From the NCBI GenBank assembly GCA_053919585.1, contig CM132785.1: a DNA stretch of 64,000 nucleotides. One strand, given 5' to 3'. The stretch comes from Euprymna scolopes (lineage: Eukaryota). Shown here in pieces: positions 38,660-51,606 of the stretch. Within the stretch, counting starts at the first letter, position 1; each line of letters opens with the position of its first letter. The translations under genes and the position numbers were made by a program. A model generated the notes under the pieces. It made no database searches and had not been told where the DNA came from. It saw only the letters and a program-made list of their open reading frames with translations.

Positions 38660-39330
38660 GAAGTGGAAGAAAGAAAGACGACAGCAATAAAAGAAAAGAA
38701 CGAAGAGAAGAATAAAGAGAACAAGAGGAGGAGGTGGATGAAAAAGAAAACGTGCGTGAAAAAGAAATTTAAAAAAGGATAAAAAAGAAAAAAAGATGAA
38801 AAGGAAAGAAAAATGTAAGGAAGAAGTAGGAGAAAAAAATCAAAAAGAGAGGAGAGTAAGAGAAATGAATGGAAGAAAAAAAGGAAAGAGTAAAAGAAAG
38901 GACATGGAAAAGAAAAGTAAAAAGGAAAGAGAAAAACGTAGAAAAGAAAAAGGGAAAAGAGGAGAAGAAAGGAAAAGAGAAAAAAAGAAAGGGAAAAGAA
39001 ATGTAAAGAGGAAAAAGCAAAGGAGAAGAAAAGAAAGCAAATGAAAAAAAGCAAATAAAATCAAAAAGCAAATGGAAAGAAAAAGAAAACGAAAGCAAAG
39101 GAGAAGAAAAAAGAAAGCAAATGAAAAGAAAAAAGAAAGCAAATGAAAAGAAAAAAGAAAGCAAATGAAAAGAAAAAAGAAAAAGAAAAAAGAAAGCAAA
39201 GGAGAAAAAGGAAAAGAAGAAGAAAAATGAAATTGAAATAATAAGCAGGAAAAAAGAAGAAGAAGGGGGTGAGGCAGAGAATAAGGAGCAAAGAATCAGA
39301 AGCAGAAGAAAGGAAAGAGAGAAAGTACAA
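38660..39330 (+). repeat. Purine-rich tract containing a 22-bp minisatellite (AAAAAAGAAAGCAAATGAAAAG)
   Basis: Directly visible; the minisatellite spans ~39030-39200. Confidence 0.9.
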
Positions 39331-40983
39331 CGAAAGCGGAAAATGCGTAGTTTAAAAAAGAAATTCCGATAAAGATGAAGTTTAATAGAATAGTGTGTGA
39401 AGTTTGTGTATGAAGCGCACATCCTCATTCATATCTACATTTGTGATGAATTATTTACACAAATAATGATACGCACAAGGCGAGGAGCCGCAATACTTTT
39501 GTAGATCACATATTAATTCTTCAAAAGAAAGAAAACAAATGTAAGGTAAAAAAGCAGGAGGTAAAACGGGAGGAGGGGGGCGGGAAGAGAAAAATGGCAC
39601 ACTTACACAGTTAGATCGATATATGGCATATGCCAAACTCAATATAGATCGATAGATGAAATACCGGGAGATAGATAAAAAGAGGGAGGGCAACAGAAAT
39701 AGATGAGCGGATATAGAGAGGAATTGCTAAGGTAGATAGGTAAAAAAAATGGACAGAGTGATTGATAACGTAGATGAATTAAAAAACAGATATGGTGACT
39801 AGATAAAAAGCAGATAGATCGATAGATTATGAACATGTAGATAGGTTCTCTACGTGAGATAGGTAGAAAGTTAAATCAAAGCATTTTTATGTATATAAAC
39901 AGATTTGTTCAGCTACGTTTTATATTCGGTATTTATTTTTCCAGCTCTTCATAAACGGATAAGAAGAAAGTGTAAAAAGAACTGATAGAATTAATCCTAA
40001 CCTAATATGTCGGTTTAGCTCAAATTATGTAGAAGCAAAAAAAACAAAAAAAAAAAAAAAAAATCTAGACACAGTGATCTCTAACACCTAAAGTATTTTA
40101 CGGATTTATTTTTAGACGAGGGGGCTAACACATTTTACAAATATTTTGTTTGTAGTTTAATCATTTTGTATATTTCATCCTAGGCAACGTCGGGTCACGG
40201 TTTCACTAGTAAAAAATAAAGAAACTAACGCCTAAAATATTTTACGGGTTGTTTTAAGGAAGTGGAGACAAAAATATTTCATATATATTTTTTTTTATAA
40301 TTCTTTATTTTTAATTCCGGGCAACGCCTAGAAATATATATATAAATGAAGATGGACATTCCAAAGACGCACGTTTAGAAATGAAAATACTATATTTCGA
40401 AATTCTTTGGAGATAAGAATCGATAAATTTTATCTTGATTGTTATTTTCACAACGTTCCAGCCGATGTAACATTCATGGCAAGAACTTTAAACTCGTATT
40501 TCTACCAACACAGAAAAGCACTCTTTACTTCGCTGTATACCTAAAATCAAATGAAACTTCCATTAACAGCTACTTTAAAGAACTTGTTTGAACTTACGAT
40601 CTTTTGGCCCCCTTCCCCCTTTGCAATATACCTTTCTCTCGACCCCTGTCGAAATCTATCCTTTGCTCCCTTGTTGTAATTTTCTATCACTTCCTCCCTT
40701 GTTTTCCTTGCAACATGCAGATACTTGAATATAATATGAACAAATATATTGCTGCCCAACTCCCCGTCCAGGTTCCCTCCTTCTTATAAATCTGGTCCCT
40801 ATTATAGTAACCCCTTACGATTCAGTGCCAATATTTTACAGATATATTTTTAATTAAATCATTTTGCATTCCATCCCAGGTAACGCAAGGAGACGAGTCC
40901 TACTAGTAAAAATAAACAGGCTAACACCTAAAACGTTTTAGTTTTTGTTTTTAGGGGAGTGGGTGTTAAAATACTTTACGGAT

Positions 40984-41290
40984 TTTATTGAGATTGTCGG
41001 ACTGACTTCCTCATCTTAGTTGTTATAGTCACAACGTTTCGGCCGTTTTGAACTCCGGCCTTCATCAGGTGTTTTGTATCGAACTGGGGAACCGTTTGTT
41101 AGGAGTCTCGAACTCAACCCTTTATTATTATTACGGGGGTACCGTGTTCGGACTCCAGCTAGGCTCTGGGACATAGTTGCTGATTCTCTGTTTTGAATGT
41201 TACTTTTCACTGCCTTCGTTCAGGATTGAACTCAGCACCTTTGGGTAACTACAAATTTGGAAAACACCTCATCTCAAAAATACAGACAAC
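40984..41290. mobile_element. Penelope-like family A element with 12-bp TSD
   Basis: Inverted body near-identical to the reverse complement of 15405-15652, followed by the forward tail GAAAACACCTCATCTCAAAAATACAGACAAC. TSD TACTTTACGGAT at 40972-40983 and 41291-41302. Confidence 0.9.
41030..41071 (-). ncRNA. Minimal hammerhead ribozyme (PLE-type), core intact
   Basis: CAC CUGAUGA A GGCCG-GAGUUCAAAA-CGGCC GAAA CGUU^GUG: 3-bp helix I, 5-bp helix II, and palindromic AACGUU helix III (dimer-type). Confidence 0.7.
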
Positions 41291-41397
41291 TACTTTACGG
41301 ATATTTTTAATTTATTCTTGTTTGGAAGGAACAAAGATTCTTAAATGAAACTACCTATAGAACACGTTACTGCAGGATTCCAATTGACTACTGTACA

Positions 41398-41463
41398 CTC
41401 TTAATCCTTATCCTCGAGTGGTATCTATGCCTTGATAAGTGGTTATGCCTATGTAAAAAAAAA
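41398..41463 (+). mobile_element. CR1/Zenon-like 3' tail only
   Basis: CCTTATCCTCGAGTGG...GCCTTGATAAGTGGT...ATGT followed by poly-A. Confidence 0.75.
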
Positions 41464-42394
41464 AGATTGCTTCGCTACAAGGACAACAAATGTCTATTTC
41501 CAAAATGCAATTGATATCCTCTAATGGCTTTTGGCATTAGTAATTGCTGACCGATTAGTAGAACCAAAATGTTGAGGGATTTGTAATTTACTATGTACAG
41601 TGTATAACACCTACCTGTTCATTCATACGTTCCCCCCCCCCCACACACGCACGCACAATGACTTGAACTCCTTTTTTTTATATCTTGCTAGAGAGATAGT
41701 AATTCCAACCTGTTCTAGCATAAAATAAAAGACCACACAGAGATGAAATGGAGAAACAAAGAAGGGAGGAATGAACAGAGGAATGCAGACACGATGAAAT
41801 GAATTTATGTAGGCTTAGAAGAACTATCGATCCATCCATTCATTCACAGATTTTGAGGCCACACACGTCAGGGGATCCCTTTTACTGTTGATATCACAGC
41901 CGGCTCCAAAGAGGGAGAGAAAAAAGAAGGAAGAAATATTTTTATGGGAATAAAAACCAAAAGCAAAGATACAAATTACTATAGATGCAGACACAGTTAA
42001 AATAAGCAGGAAATTTTTCATAAATCTATTTCTTCTTACGCACAGATGTATTATGTTCCGTCAATTTTTTGTGCTATTATTAAAATACAGATTACACTGA
42101 TGTTTAAAGAGAAAGGGTGGCCATCGGAGGCGGGGGAGTGAAGCGAGAGCATTGGGTGGGGGTAGGCACAAACATTTAGGTTAAAAATGAATGAACGTAA
42201 AAATAATGTAACAAAAAAGAATGCGTACATTCATTCATACGAATTAGAGAAATCTTTTGCCGGAGAAATACGAAGAAATAAATATAAAAAATGAAATGGC
42301 GGAGAAAGGATGATGTAAAATCGTAACGTGGCAACAATAGGAAATTTTAAACTGGCTACTTTGTGTTAATGAATTAATAATGCACATAGGCGTA

Positions 42395-42735
42395 CAGAAG
42401 TTAGTATTTCCAATGATGCTGGATGAAATAGAGCTGAAAGATAACCAAATACCAAGGTATTATGTACGACGTGAAAAGAAACTGGAATCTTCAGATTTCT
42501 ATCATTCCAGGTATTAATGGAGCAACTAGACTCCTGAAAAAGAATTTCAAAAACTACCTAGCAAATATACCTGGTGAACCAAGTGCAAAACAGATTCAAA
42601 CAATTGCACTTAAAGGGACAGTCAGAATCTTAAAAAGATCTTTCAGTTAGAATACCTGAATTAGCAAGTGAATGTTCGGTATCCGGTAGGATGCTTCATC
42701 CCCAGCGTGAACAAACTGATACGAAAATTTGGAGG
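42395..42735 (+). mobile_element. Dong/R4-like LINE 3' end, copy 2
   Basis: KITKYQGIMYDVKRNWNLQISIIPGINGATRLLKKNFKNYLANIPGEPSAKQIQTIALKGTVRILKRS; homologous to 27231-27535. Confidence 0.8.
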
Positions 42736-43409
42736 GGGGTGAGAGAAAATACATAAGAGAGAACTTAAATGCCTACGGAAGAGAAATTGAATGCCTACCA
42801 TGCATTACCCTCGAGTGTCTAAGCTTTCCCTATACAGGGATTTGTTATGGGGTTACTTTTCCCTAGAAGTAAACCCTGGCGAAATATTCAAAATCACGTC
42901 GTATTCACAACCTAAATAAGATCTCGGTATAAATAATCACACTATCTTTTACGAGGAATGTTGCATCTCCACCAAATGATATTACCTCAAGTAGTAACAC
43001 TAAGCTGTATACTTCACCAGACAACTTGAATTCTTGTTCTGGAATCCAATAAGACCAAGCGACCAAATGGTCAATTGGACAGAGGAACTTCTTTACTAAC
43101 TCCGTGTTTTAGCAATAAAGAACCTAAATGAAGCATTCGAATTTCCATGTATCTCATATACAGTTTAAGTGTTAGGCCCAGGTGGGGGAGGGGCTTGATT
43201 TCTGATAACTTCGAATAAAGGAAAATGAAACACACGAAAGAAACACACGTGTGTGTGTGTGTGTGTGCGTGCGTGTGTGTGTGTGTGTGTGTAAATAAAT
43301 ATATGTATGTATGTATGTATGAGATAAAATAAATGTGATTATGAGATATAATTATTGTAAAATAGAATGATACGTTTTGGAGAAGGATTCTTAAAGGTAG
43401 AAATAAAGT

Positions 43410-43670
43410 ACAGAGGTGGATTGCAACAGAAGAGGGTGGAAGGTGGATTGCAACAGAAGGGGGTGGAAGGTAGATTGCAACAGAAGAGGGTGGAAGGTAA
43501 ATTGCAACAGGAGGAGCAAGGGGTAAATTGCAACAAAGAAGGAAGAGGAGATAAATTGCAACAAAGGGTAGAGGGATTAGAATGCAACAAGGGCAGAGGA
43601 CTTGAAATGCAACAAGAGAGCCGAAGGTAGATTGTCATCACGAAATAGATAGGTAGTTTGCAACAAAAAG
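43410..43670. repeat. 27-bp minisatellite (AGGTGGATTGCAACAGAAGAGGGTGGA) decaying rightwards
   Basis: Repeated TTGCAACA core. The 27-nt period explains the GGLQQKRVE repeat in the ORF track. Confidence 0.85.
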
Positions 43671-44189
43671 AAATTAGAGATCTACATTGATTGCAATTAC
43701 AAACATAATTTTGACAATGAGAGGCACACAGTATGAGGGGAATAGACGGAAGAGATAAAATGTAGGAAGATTATTCTTGTAACATTTGTAACTACGAATT
43801 TCATTCATTTTTTTTTTCATTAGTATCACACACACATACACACTAGTATCACACACACATACACACATTCACGCATACACACGGGCGCAGCATAGTCGCA
43901 AGAATAATGTTAAGAAAAGGGAAAGGGTCGAGGAGGAGTAACTAAACGATTCGGGGAGGGGGGTCCTTTAGCATCAAACACTTACAAAGACTTATGATTG
44001 TATTCATTCTAAATTTAATTTTTAAGAACAAAAAACATTACAACTCATATTGTTTTTATAGCAGAATCGTAAAGAACAAGTACGAAGAAGAAGAAATTTT
44101 TAAATGTGATGCCGTTTAGTTTATTATTCTGAACAAACAAAAATGAGAGTTATTATTTTAACCTGATTTCTGTGACCGAACACAAGCGC

Positions 44190-44246
<57 letters not shown>

Positions 44247-44289
44247 CAGATAGTGTGAAATGGGTGGAGAAACGATGAAGTTTAAAGTC

Positions 44290-44765
44290 TGAAGAAGGGA
44301 AAAAGATGTTTAGAACAGATATATGAATGAGGAGAGAGTGGGTAAGTTGAACGGCAGAGAGAATAGAAGAAAAGAGAAAGGAGATGGAAGAGCAGAGGAA
44401 AATAAAGATGGAGAGCGAAAATAGTAAAAGAAAAAAATAGGCAGAGAAAATAGTTCAGAGGAAAAAGAGAGAACAGTAAAAGGAAAGAAAAAAAAGATTG
44501 TATGAGGAAAAAAGAAAGATAAGATAGTAAAAAGAAAAAAAAGAGGTAAGATAGTAAAAAGAAAAAAGATAAGATAGTAAAAAGAAAAAAGAGAGGTAAG
44601 ATACTAAAGTTGATAGTAAAAGGAAAGGAAAAAGAGACATATTTTAAAGAAAGAAGAGTAGAGTAGACAATGCGTATAAAATCGTAAAATAGATTTAAAA
44701 AAGAGAATAATAGAATGAAAGCGAGAAGTGGAAGGCGACAGAGAGAGGGGAGAAGGGAGAGATGG
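44290..44765 (+). repeat. Purine-rich tract with AAGATAGTAAAAAGAAAAAA minisatellite
   Basis: Directly visible. Confidence 0.9.
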
Positions 44766-45307
44766 ATAAATGCTGCCAATAACATTCACACTAATCCAAA
44801 GATGAAAATACATATAATAAAATATGCAGAGACTGCACACGACGTGCACACACGCTCAGCCCTTCTACTAGAGTGCTTATTTTATATACTCGCCGAACAA
44901 AAGTGAAGGAAGAATTTTCCATTGGATAACAGAGAATGAGAGGGGGAGGTGGAATATTCCACAGGAATTCTGTTGTCGTGAAAAGGCGAAAAAAGGGCAG
45001 GGTCGGTTTTGCAGTTCAGAACAAAGGAGTTTGCTTATAATTTGCATAAAATGCAAGAAATTGAAATAATTAAAAAAAAAATGATGCTTTTTTTATATAC
45101 TTCGTTATTTATCGGCTGATTAAAAAAGTTTTGTTAAGTTAATCAAACATTCATTGCTAAGGTTCAAAAAGATTCAAAGGAAGAGTGAAACAGATTTAAA
45201 TGTTTTTTTTATTTTGTGTAACATTATAGATTTTTTTTTCACTTTAACTTTACTCATCATATATTTAAAAATGTTGTTTTAAATAACGAGAAAAAGATAT
45301 TTTGGAT

Positions 45308-45690
45308 CTGAATTTTTTAGATGAGGATTGATAATTTTTTTTTTTTTAATTATTCGAACTACTGTTCTCATCTTGAGTGTTATTTTCACAATGTTTCGGC
45401 CAATGTAACCCCCGACCTTCTTCAGGTATATCTTGCTGACTTTTGGTATCTTTCTATCAAACTTGACAATTTTGCATAGAATTTTGAAGGGAACATTTTA
45501 TTTAACCCACAGGGGTAGCATGCTCTCGTTATTATTTAAAATTCTTACATCTTGGAGCTTTCAAAAAGACAGGCCTAAATATTTATAAATTCGAAAAATA
45601 AACCTGAAGATGAGGTTATATCGGCCCAAACGTTCTGAAAATAGCACTCAAAATAAAAACAGAAGTCTAAATAATTCAAATAACACTAAA
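45308..45690. mobile_element. Penelope-like family B fold-back element
   Basis: Tail at left; minus-strand HHR UAC CUGAAGA A GGUCGG..UUGGCC GAAA CAUU GUG at ~45387-45428; degenerate plus-strand HHR at ~45602-45637. Confidence 0.75.
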
Positions 45691-45759
45691 AACATTTTTG
45701 CATTATTTGAATTAATTGGACTACTATGCTTATTTAATTTACAATTTTATCTATAGCTT

Positions 45760-45890
45760 GATGGAAATCATAGGTTAATACCTTTCTCAAATGGATTAAT
45801 GCCTCAAATGATCAGAGTAGATCTGATGGGATTTGAACTCAGCATAAGTGATTCTGTAGTCTGCGTTAGTATCCATTAGGAAAATCATGC
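45760..45890 (-). mobile_element. Degraded tRNA-derived SINE
   Basis: GGATTTGAACTC is the reverse complement of a B-box-like GAGTTCAAATCC, in a SINE-like context. Confidence 0.45.
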
Positions 45891-46322
45891 ATCCTCTGAT
45901 TCATTTGAAGTCTTAGTGGCTGAAATAATGGTGAACAATGGAGACTTTTTCTTTTCAAATCAATCTGCGAATTATGCCTGTGAATTTTAGTAATTTTAGT
46001 AACAGGTTCTTGTGCGAAAAGTCTGTTAGTCTCGATAGGTGTGCATACAAAAGAAACTAGAGACAGCTAAGTGGTAGGCATAGCAATTATTGCAGGTAGA
46101 CAAGTAAATACAGATGTACATATGATCATAGTCTAATAGGGAGATAGATAAATAGAAAGCAAAGTAATTAGGCAATTATAAGTAAATAGGTAATTATAAG
46201 TACTAATTATGAATGCAAATACAAGTTGATTTTAATATTGGAATACTTTTTCGGCGATATACAGAATGTTATGCCTTAACCTACATTTTTTCATTGATGC
46301 GATTGTTTGTACAGATAATGTG

Positions 46323-46700
46323 TTTTACATGGGAGTCACCACTTATGAAAACCCAAAAGCCACTCAAGGATAAAAGTTAATGAGGGGTTGGTAGTCACGG
46401 AGACAACAGCGTATTAATATTTAGTGATGAAATTGGGGTAGAAATAGATTATTTAGAGGAACGGCTCAACGAGAACCTGTTTTACATTTGCCTTGAAGGC
46501 CACCATGTTGTAGTCAGCTGGAAAGCAGGCCAGCAGAACAGAGTTCCACAGGCAGGCAATTCCAGAAAAGAAGCTTTGTTCATGGAATATTTATTTAGAT
46601 TTAGTCACGGATGAAAATAACGATAGAGCAGGCTCGCAAACTCTCTTCTGTGGGAAAGAGGCTGTAGAGAAGAGAAAAGAGCATCATCTACTAGGCATGG
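46323..46700 (-). mobile_element. CR1/Zenon-like LINE 3' fragment
   Basis: TCACCACTTAT...GCCACTCAAGGATAA...TTGAAGGC...GTTGTAGTCAG...CAGAGTTCCACAGGC, collinear with 470-900. Confidence 0.85.
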
Positions 46701-47617
46701 CAATGGTAATGGATTTTGGCATGTGTTGGACGGCTTTAAAAATTAACTTCTAAACTTACCTATCTCTGACAAGGTCTTTATTCATCCCTCTTCCTCTCCG
46801 GTCTATTTTTATGACTTCCCATTTTTTTCCTTGGAACATGCAGAAATTGAAATATAATATGAACAAATATCTTTGTGCACAACTTCTCGCCCAAGTTGTC
46901 TTCTTCCGGTAAATTTGGTCACTATTACAGCTTGTGAAAATAAACGTTGAAAAAAAAAACATTTTTTTTTAGACTACATCAAAAATTTCATGCCCAATAA
47001 TACATTGGTGGCGAAAAAGGTTCCAACAGACTTTAACTACATTTTCAAAATGGTTTCCCATTGTATCGTCGAATGTATTATTAAGGATAACAAGCATACA
47101 ACATAATTGTCGGTTTTCTGTCGGAAAAAAAAAAAAAAAAAAAAAAAACTTTTACGGGGTTTTACTGAAGTTCCATTGGGAATTATTTAATGATTTTAAT
47201 TACACACAACCATTAACAAGTAAGTCTTCCCTGTGTGTTCCGCATGTTCGCCTTACTCCTCCCTCTTCCCTTCCACGCATACACTTGCATCTCATTAATT
47301 ATCTCATTAACTAAACATATTTCCTTTTGAAATGTTCATAAGGCTTATTAAATAACTTTTACTTTTGAGAAAATATCAATTAGCAAAACATATAGAAATG
47401 TCAGTAGATGTACATTAAAGTGTATGTAAGCACACGCACAGCATTATATATACACACACACGCATACGCATACGCGCGCGTTCGGTTATCATGTGAATTT
47501 ATGCAGTGGCGCACTCATTCAAATATGTGTTCGAACTGATCTCTCTCTCTCTCTCAAAGTAAAAATTACTGCAGATTTAATAATTAATGCAAGCATACCT
47601 TCAAAAATAAATGCTTG

Positions 47618-47677
<60 letters not shown>

Positions 47678-47761
47678 CATCTCCACTATACTTCAGATTT
47701 ATTAATAATCTCATTAGCTAAAATTATTTCCTTTTGGAATGTTCGTTTATGAATTGTCTTT

Positions 47762-48270
47762 TACGAAAGACGTTCCAAAGGTAATGCTTCCTATTTTTTT
47801 TATTCCTGCGAATGAATCAGAAGGGAATTGCTAACTGCATTGTTACGATGGCTAAACTTATGCATTCACAACCTGAAAGTTTCACCGCATATTGACGACG
47901 TGAGTCTTTAAGAAAGCAACCCCCTGTCATGGACATGCGTCGGAAGCAGATGTCATTGAATTCGTCCGTGCAGAAAAAAAAATTGAACTGATCAATATTC
48001 ACCGCCGCCTCTTTAACGTTTATATAACTGATTTAGTTGATAATAGCACTGTTAGGAAATAAGTTTGTTGATTTCAGAGTGGCGACAAAGATGAGAGTGA
48101 ACAAGCACATTTCAGACACTCATGCACAGGTGCTACTTCATCGGTGGCAAAAGTGCATGGAGAATGATGGTGACTATGTAGAAAAATAAATTCTGAGGCA
48201 CAAAAGGTCGCTCGTTTTGATGGCGCTGTATACCTCATATGCAAGCAAATTTGAAAATAAAAAAAAGCAC
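47762..48270 (+). mobile_element. Internally deleted mariner transposon
   Basis: TA-CGAAAGACGTTCCAAAGGTAATGCTTCCTATTTT TIR. From ATG 47929: MDMRRKQ/VIEFVRAE/INIHRRLFNVY..DNSTVRK*VC*FQSGD (HTH), fused directly to LLHRWQKCMENDGDYVEK* (mariner C-terminus, stop at 48187-48189). Confidence 0.85.
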
Positions 48271-48874
48271 AAAGGGAAATCAAATCTTGCACGATCAAAG
48301 AAATTTAACAAGAGAAAAAAAGAAAAAAGAAAAACGAGTCCGAAATGAAGAGTGGAAGTTAATTTTCTGATATATTTATGGGTAGGCAAGCATAGAAGGC
48401 AGGTTTTATTAATCGATAGCGCCAAACCAATTTCCAATCTGTTTGTTTATCTCTTTATTCTCTGCGTTTTTGCCAGAGCCCATATTTTGATAATGCTGAC
48501 CAATCAAGACGATTACACAAGATGAAAGTCGATTGGGTATCGATAGATCATTCTGATTACAAATTAGTCAATTGCCCATGGGAAATGAGGGTGGAGATGG
48601 TGTATGTGGAGATACTTGGTTCAATTGAAACTAAATAAGTAATGATAAAAATCAGAAACACTCTTCGTTAATCTTCTTTTCACAACTCAATGGAAAACTA
48701 ATCAGGGTATGGGAAGTCAGGTAGATATTGCATCTCTGGGTGTAATATATATATGAATACAAAAAAAAATTAAAAAATCAATTAATTCTGTTCCATGAAG
48801 ATTGGGGATTAAAAAAAAAACACTCATCAAGTAATAATAATTACACAAAAAATATGCTTTGACATGAAGTCATT

Positions 48875-48997
48875 GTTCTTATTTACTTTCCTCCCCACGA
48901 GGGCATAGTTAGACACAAAATCGGTTTTTAATGTCCGGGAAATCTAGCTTCTCTTAAAAGAGGGCATTCTGGATTAGAACAAAAATTGTTGCCTTCA
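48875..48997. repeat. ~120-bp dispersed repeat (copies at 29810-29930 and 55340-55440)
   Basis: Shared CCTCCCCACGAGGG...GTTTTTAATGT...CCAGCT...GGGCATTCTGGAT. Confidence 0.75.
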
Positions 48998-49305
48998 TTT
49001 TTTTTTTTTTACATGGAAATCACCACTTATCAAGGCACGAAGGCCACTCGAGGATAATGGTTAATGAATGCCAGCGGGTAGTGTAGTAATAATTTATGGT
49101 GCAAATTTGATAGAATTTAGATTATTTAAGAGGACCGTTCAACAAGAACTTGTTTACATTGGGCATAAAGGCTACCATATTGCAGTGGGTGGAGAAGCAG
49201 GCCAGTGGAACAGTTTTCTACAGTCCTGCAGTTCTAGGAAAAAAAGCTTGTTCATGGAAGCCACGTTAGATTAAGGTACAGATAGAGAGTGGGGAAAATT
49301 GTTAA
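48998..49305 (-). mobile_element. 5'-truncated CR1/Zenon-like LINE with poly-A
   Basis: T-run, then ACATGGAAATCACCACTTATCAAGGC...GCCACTCGAGGATAA. Flanked by imperfect AAAATTGTT..CCTTCA repeats. Confidence 0.85.
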
Positions 49306-51163
49306 ACCTTCAAAAGAGTGAAATTACAACTGAATTTTTACTAAATACTTTATCCGTTATGCCACTGGTCCTTGCAAGTTTTACAAGATACACCTTAAAA
49401 CGGCCAGAAGTTACAGGAACCAAACCGTTGTCCAAACAACACTGAAGATGAGAACAGTAATCCGAATGGTCGAAATAATACGAATTACCAGGCCTCGTCT
49501 CAAAAATTCAGAAATGAGATATAGTAGTTCGAAAAATCCAAAGCCTTGTTTATTTGAACACAAGCAAGACTGACATGCAGAAGTTCAAGTGTAACGTGAA
49601 CCGACATCTTGCTGCCCAAAACCCAACATAGTACCCCAGTAGTTGTTGCCCCTGATAGTAGCCCCCTACACCAAAGTGGCAATGTGCCTTGTTTGGGGTG
49701 AAAATGTAATAAAAAATTAAGAAAAAAAGACTCCTATAATGACAATTGCAGAGATCCTTCCTCATCATTTTTCAAGAGATCATGTGAAAAGGAGTGTTTG
49801 CTGCACACATACCTATACTTATATTATATATATTATACTTCTTATATTAATGTATACAGAGAGAATCATATTCCCACTTTCAAACCTACAAGATGATTAG
49901 AGCAACATTTTTAAAAAGATTTTGCCAAAAATATAAAAAAATACATCATAATTTATCTATCTACAAAGTTAACAATATTTTATATATGTATATCTCTACA
50001 CGATATTTATAAGAAAATGTAGATATCGAAAAACGCTTAAAGTAAATATTTCTTTTATTGCTATTTATTCTAAGATATGTTTTTTTTCTCTTCCACCGAT
50101 AATTTAAAAAAAAGGAAACATATCTTTTTTCCCTGTTTTTGCTTGGAGTATCCTTATTTTTTTTTACATATTCTAAGTGTTGATTCGATTTTACTATTGA
50201 ACTAGCTGTTTTTAAAAAAGGTATTATTGTGGCTTCCTATAAAACCAGGAATGATTCACCAAACTTTTCAGTGCAACATTTCCAATCATCAACATTATCA
50301 GAATCACCATTGTTGCCGCTATTTTCTCCTTTCTACCCCACTTTCTTTATGTCTTCTTCATCCAGATACCGCATCATCTTCCCTGAAAATCCAGGCAAAA
50401 ACACCGCAAGCACATTGCACAATGCCCTATAATTAGCTTATGAACCATCTGCTTCTGCTGGCTTTTAAGAAAACAGTAAAGAGGATGAAGCCCTGAGCTA
50501 CGAGGGGGTCAGTTAAGATCAGAAATTCAAAAGATAGTGAGGTAGCGAGGGGAGAGAACGGCTATTAACCAAACTCTTCAACAACGCCCCATCCTCTCCT
50601 CAACACCATCTACTGACCACCAGTATAGCAAAACCATCTGTCCGTCCATCCATTTGTCTGTCTGTCATCTTTGAAAGGAAGATGCAGAAGAAGATGAAGA
50701 TTAAGAAGATAACAATGAAAAAAGCCAAATGATGATTACAATTTGTTGGACAAATTCAAAGAGGGCTACCAGTAAGAGGAGGAGGAGCAGCAGTCAGCCT
50801 CTGAGAGAAAACTCTGACCAATTCCAAAGATGGAACCATCTGCCTAAATAGAGAGCCATCTACAAGGAGAGTAAGTGATGGAGAAAGAATGGCCAATGCA
50901 GTAATGGTATTGCAGAGAGATAGAGGAATTGGAAGCATTCACCATTCAAAGAATGTTCGAAGAATTAGAAGCTAAATCATGGCAATTGTTCTTGGCTTAC
51001 TGGTAATGAAAATTACACAATTTCAAAGGCATGTCTAGCAACCTCTTAGCCCAATTTCCACATGAAAGGAAAACTTTTAGGTTTATAAGAGCTGTGGTCA
51101 AGAGACAGACATTGAAGATTTGCAGAGAAACAAGATGGGAGGAGAGAGAGAGAGAGAGAGAAC

Positions 51164-51198
<35 letters not shown>

Positions 51199-51606
51199 CA
51201 GATTTGATTGTGTGGAAAAAGTCTTTGCAATGTTGATAATAGAATTATATAATCATGTGATCAAAGAATAGTCAATAGAAATATTTATACAGAAATTTCA
51301 GGAATATTTTCTTTACATTATAAACCTGAAAATAAATGTACATTAAGATACAACAATTTGATCTACGCGTTTAATGATGAAAAGCGGTATTTCAAACTGG
51401 AGCATGACAAAGTGAGAGAGGGATCTTACGTATTATGAGCTATAATAACTAAACCTACATATAAAAAAAGATGAAATAAAAAAGAAATGAGTGTTCTTTG
51501 CTTGCATATTCTATCATAAGTCTTCCCAAACAGTCGCTTATATCAACATAGCAAACTTTTAGGTTTATAAGAGATGTGGTCAACATATATTGAACATTTG
51601 CAGAGA

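Larger units (their letters stand above)
40081..41320 (+). mobile_element. Tandem array of Helitron 3'-end units interrupted by insertions
   Basis: The unit CTAACxCCTAAA...TTTTACGG...CATCCxxGGxAACG...CTAGTAAAAA recurs, with CTAG ends at ~40206, ~40328 and ~40903. Confidence 0.65.

Noticed and set aside
43367-43630. ORF with GGLQQKRVE repeats
   Set aside because: Explained by a 27-bp minisatellite; no splice or homology support.
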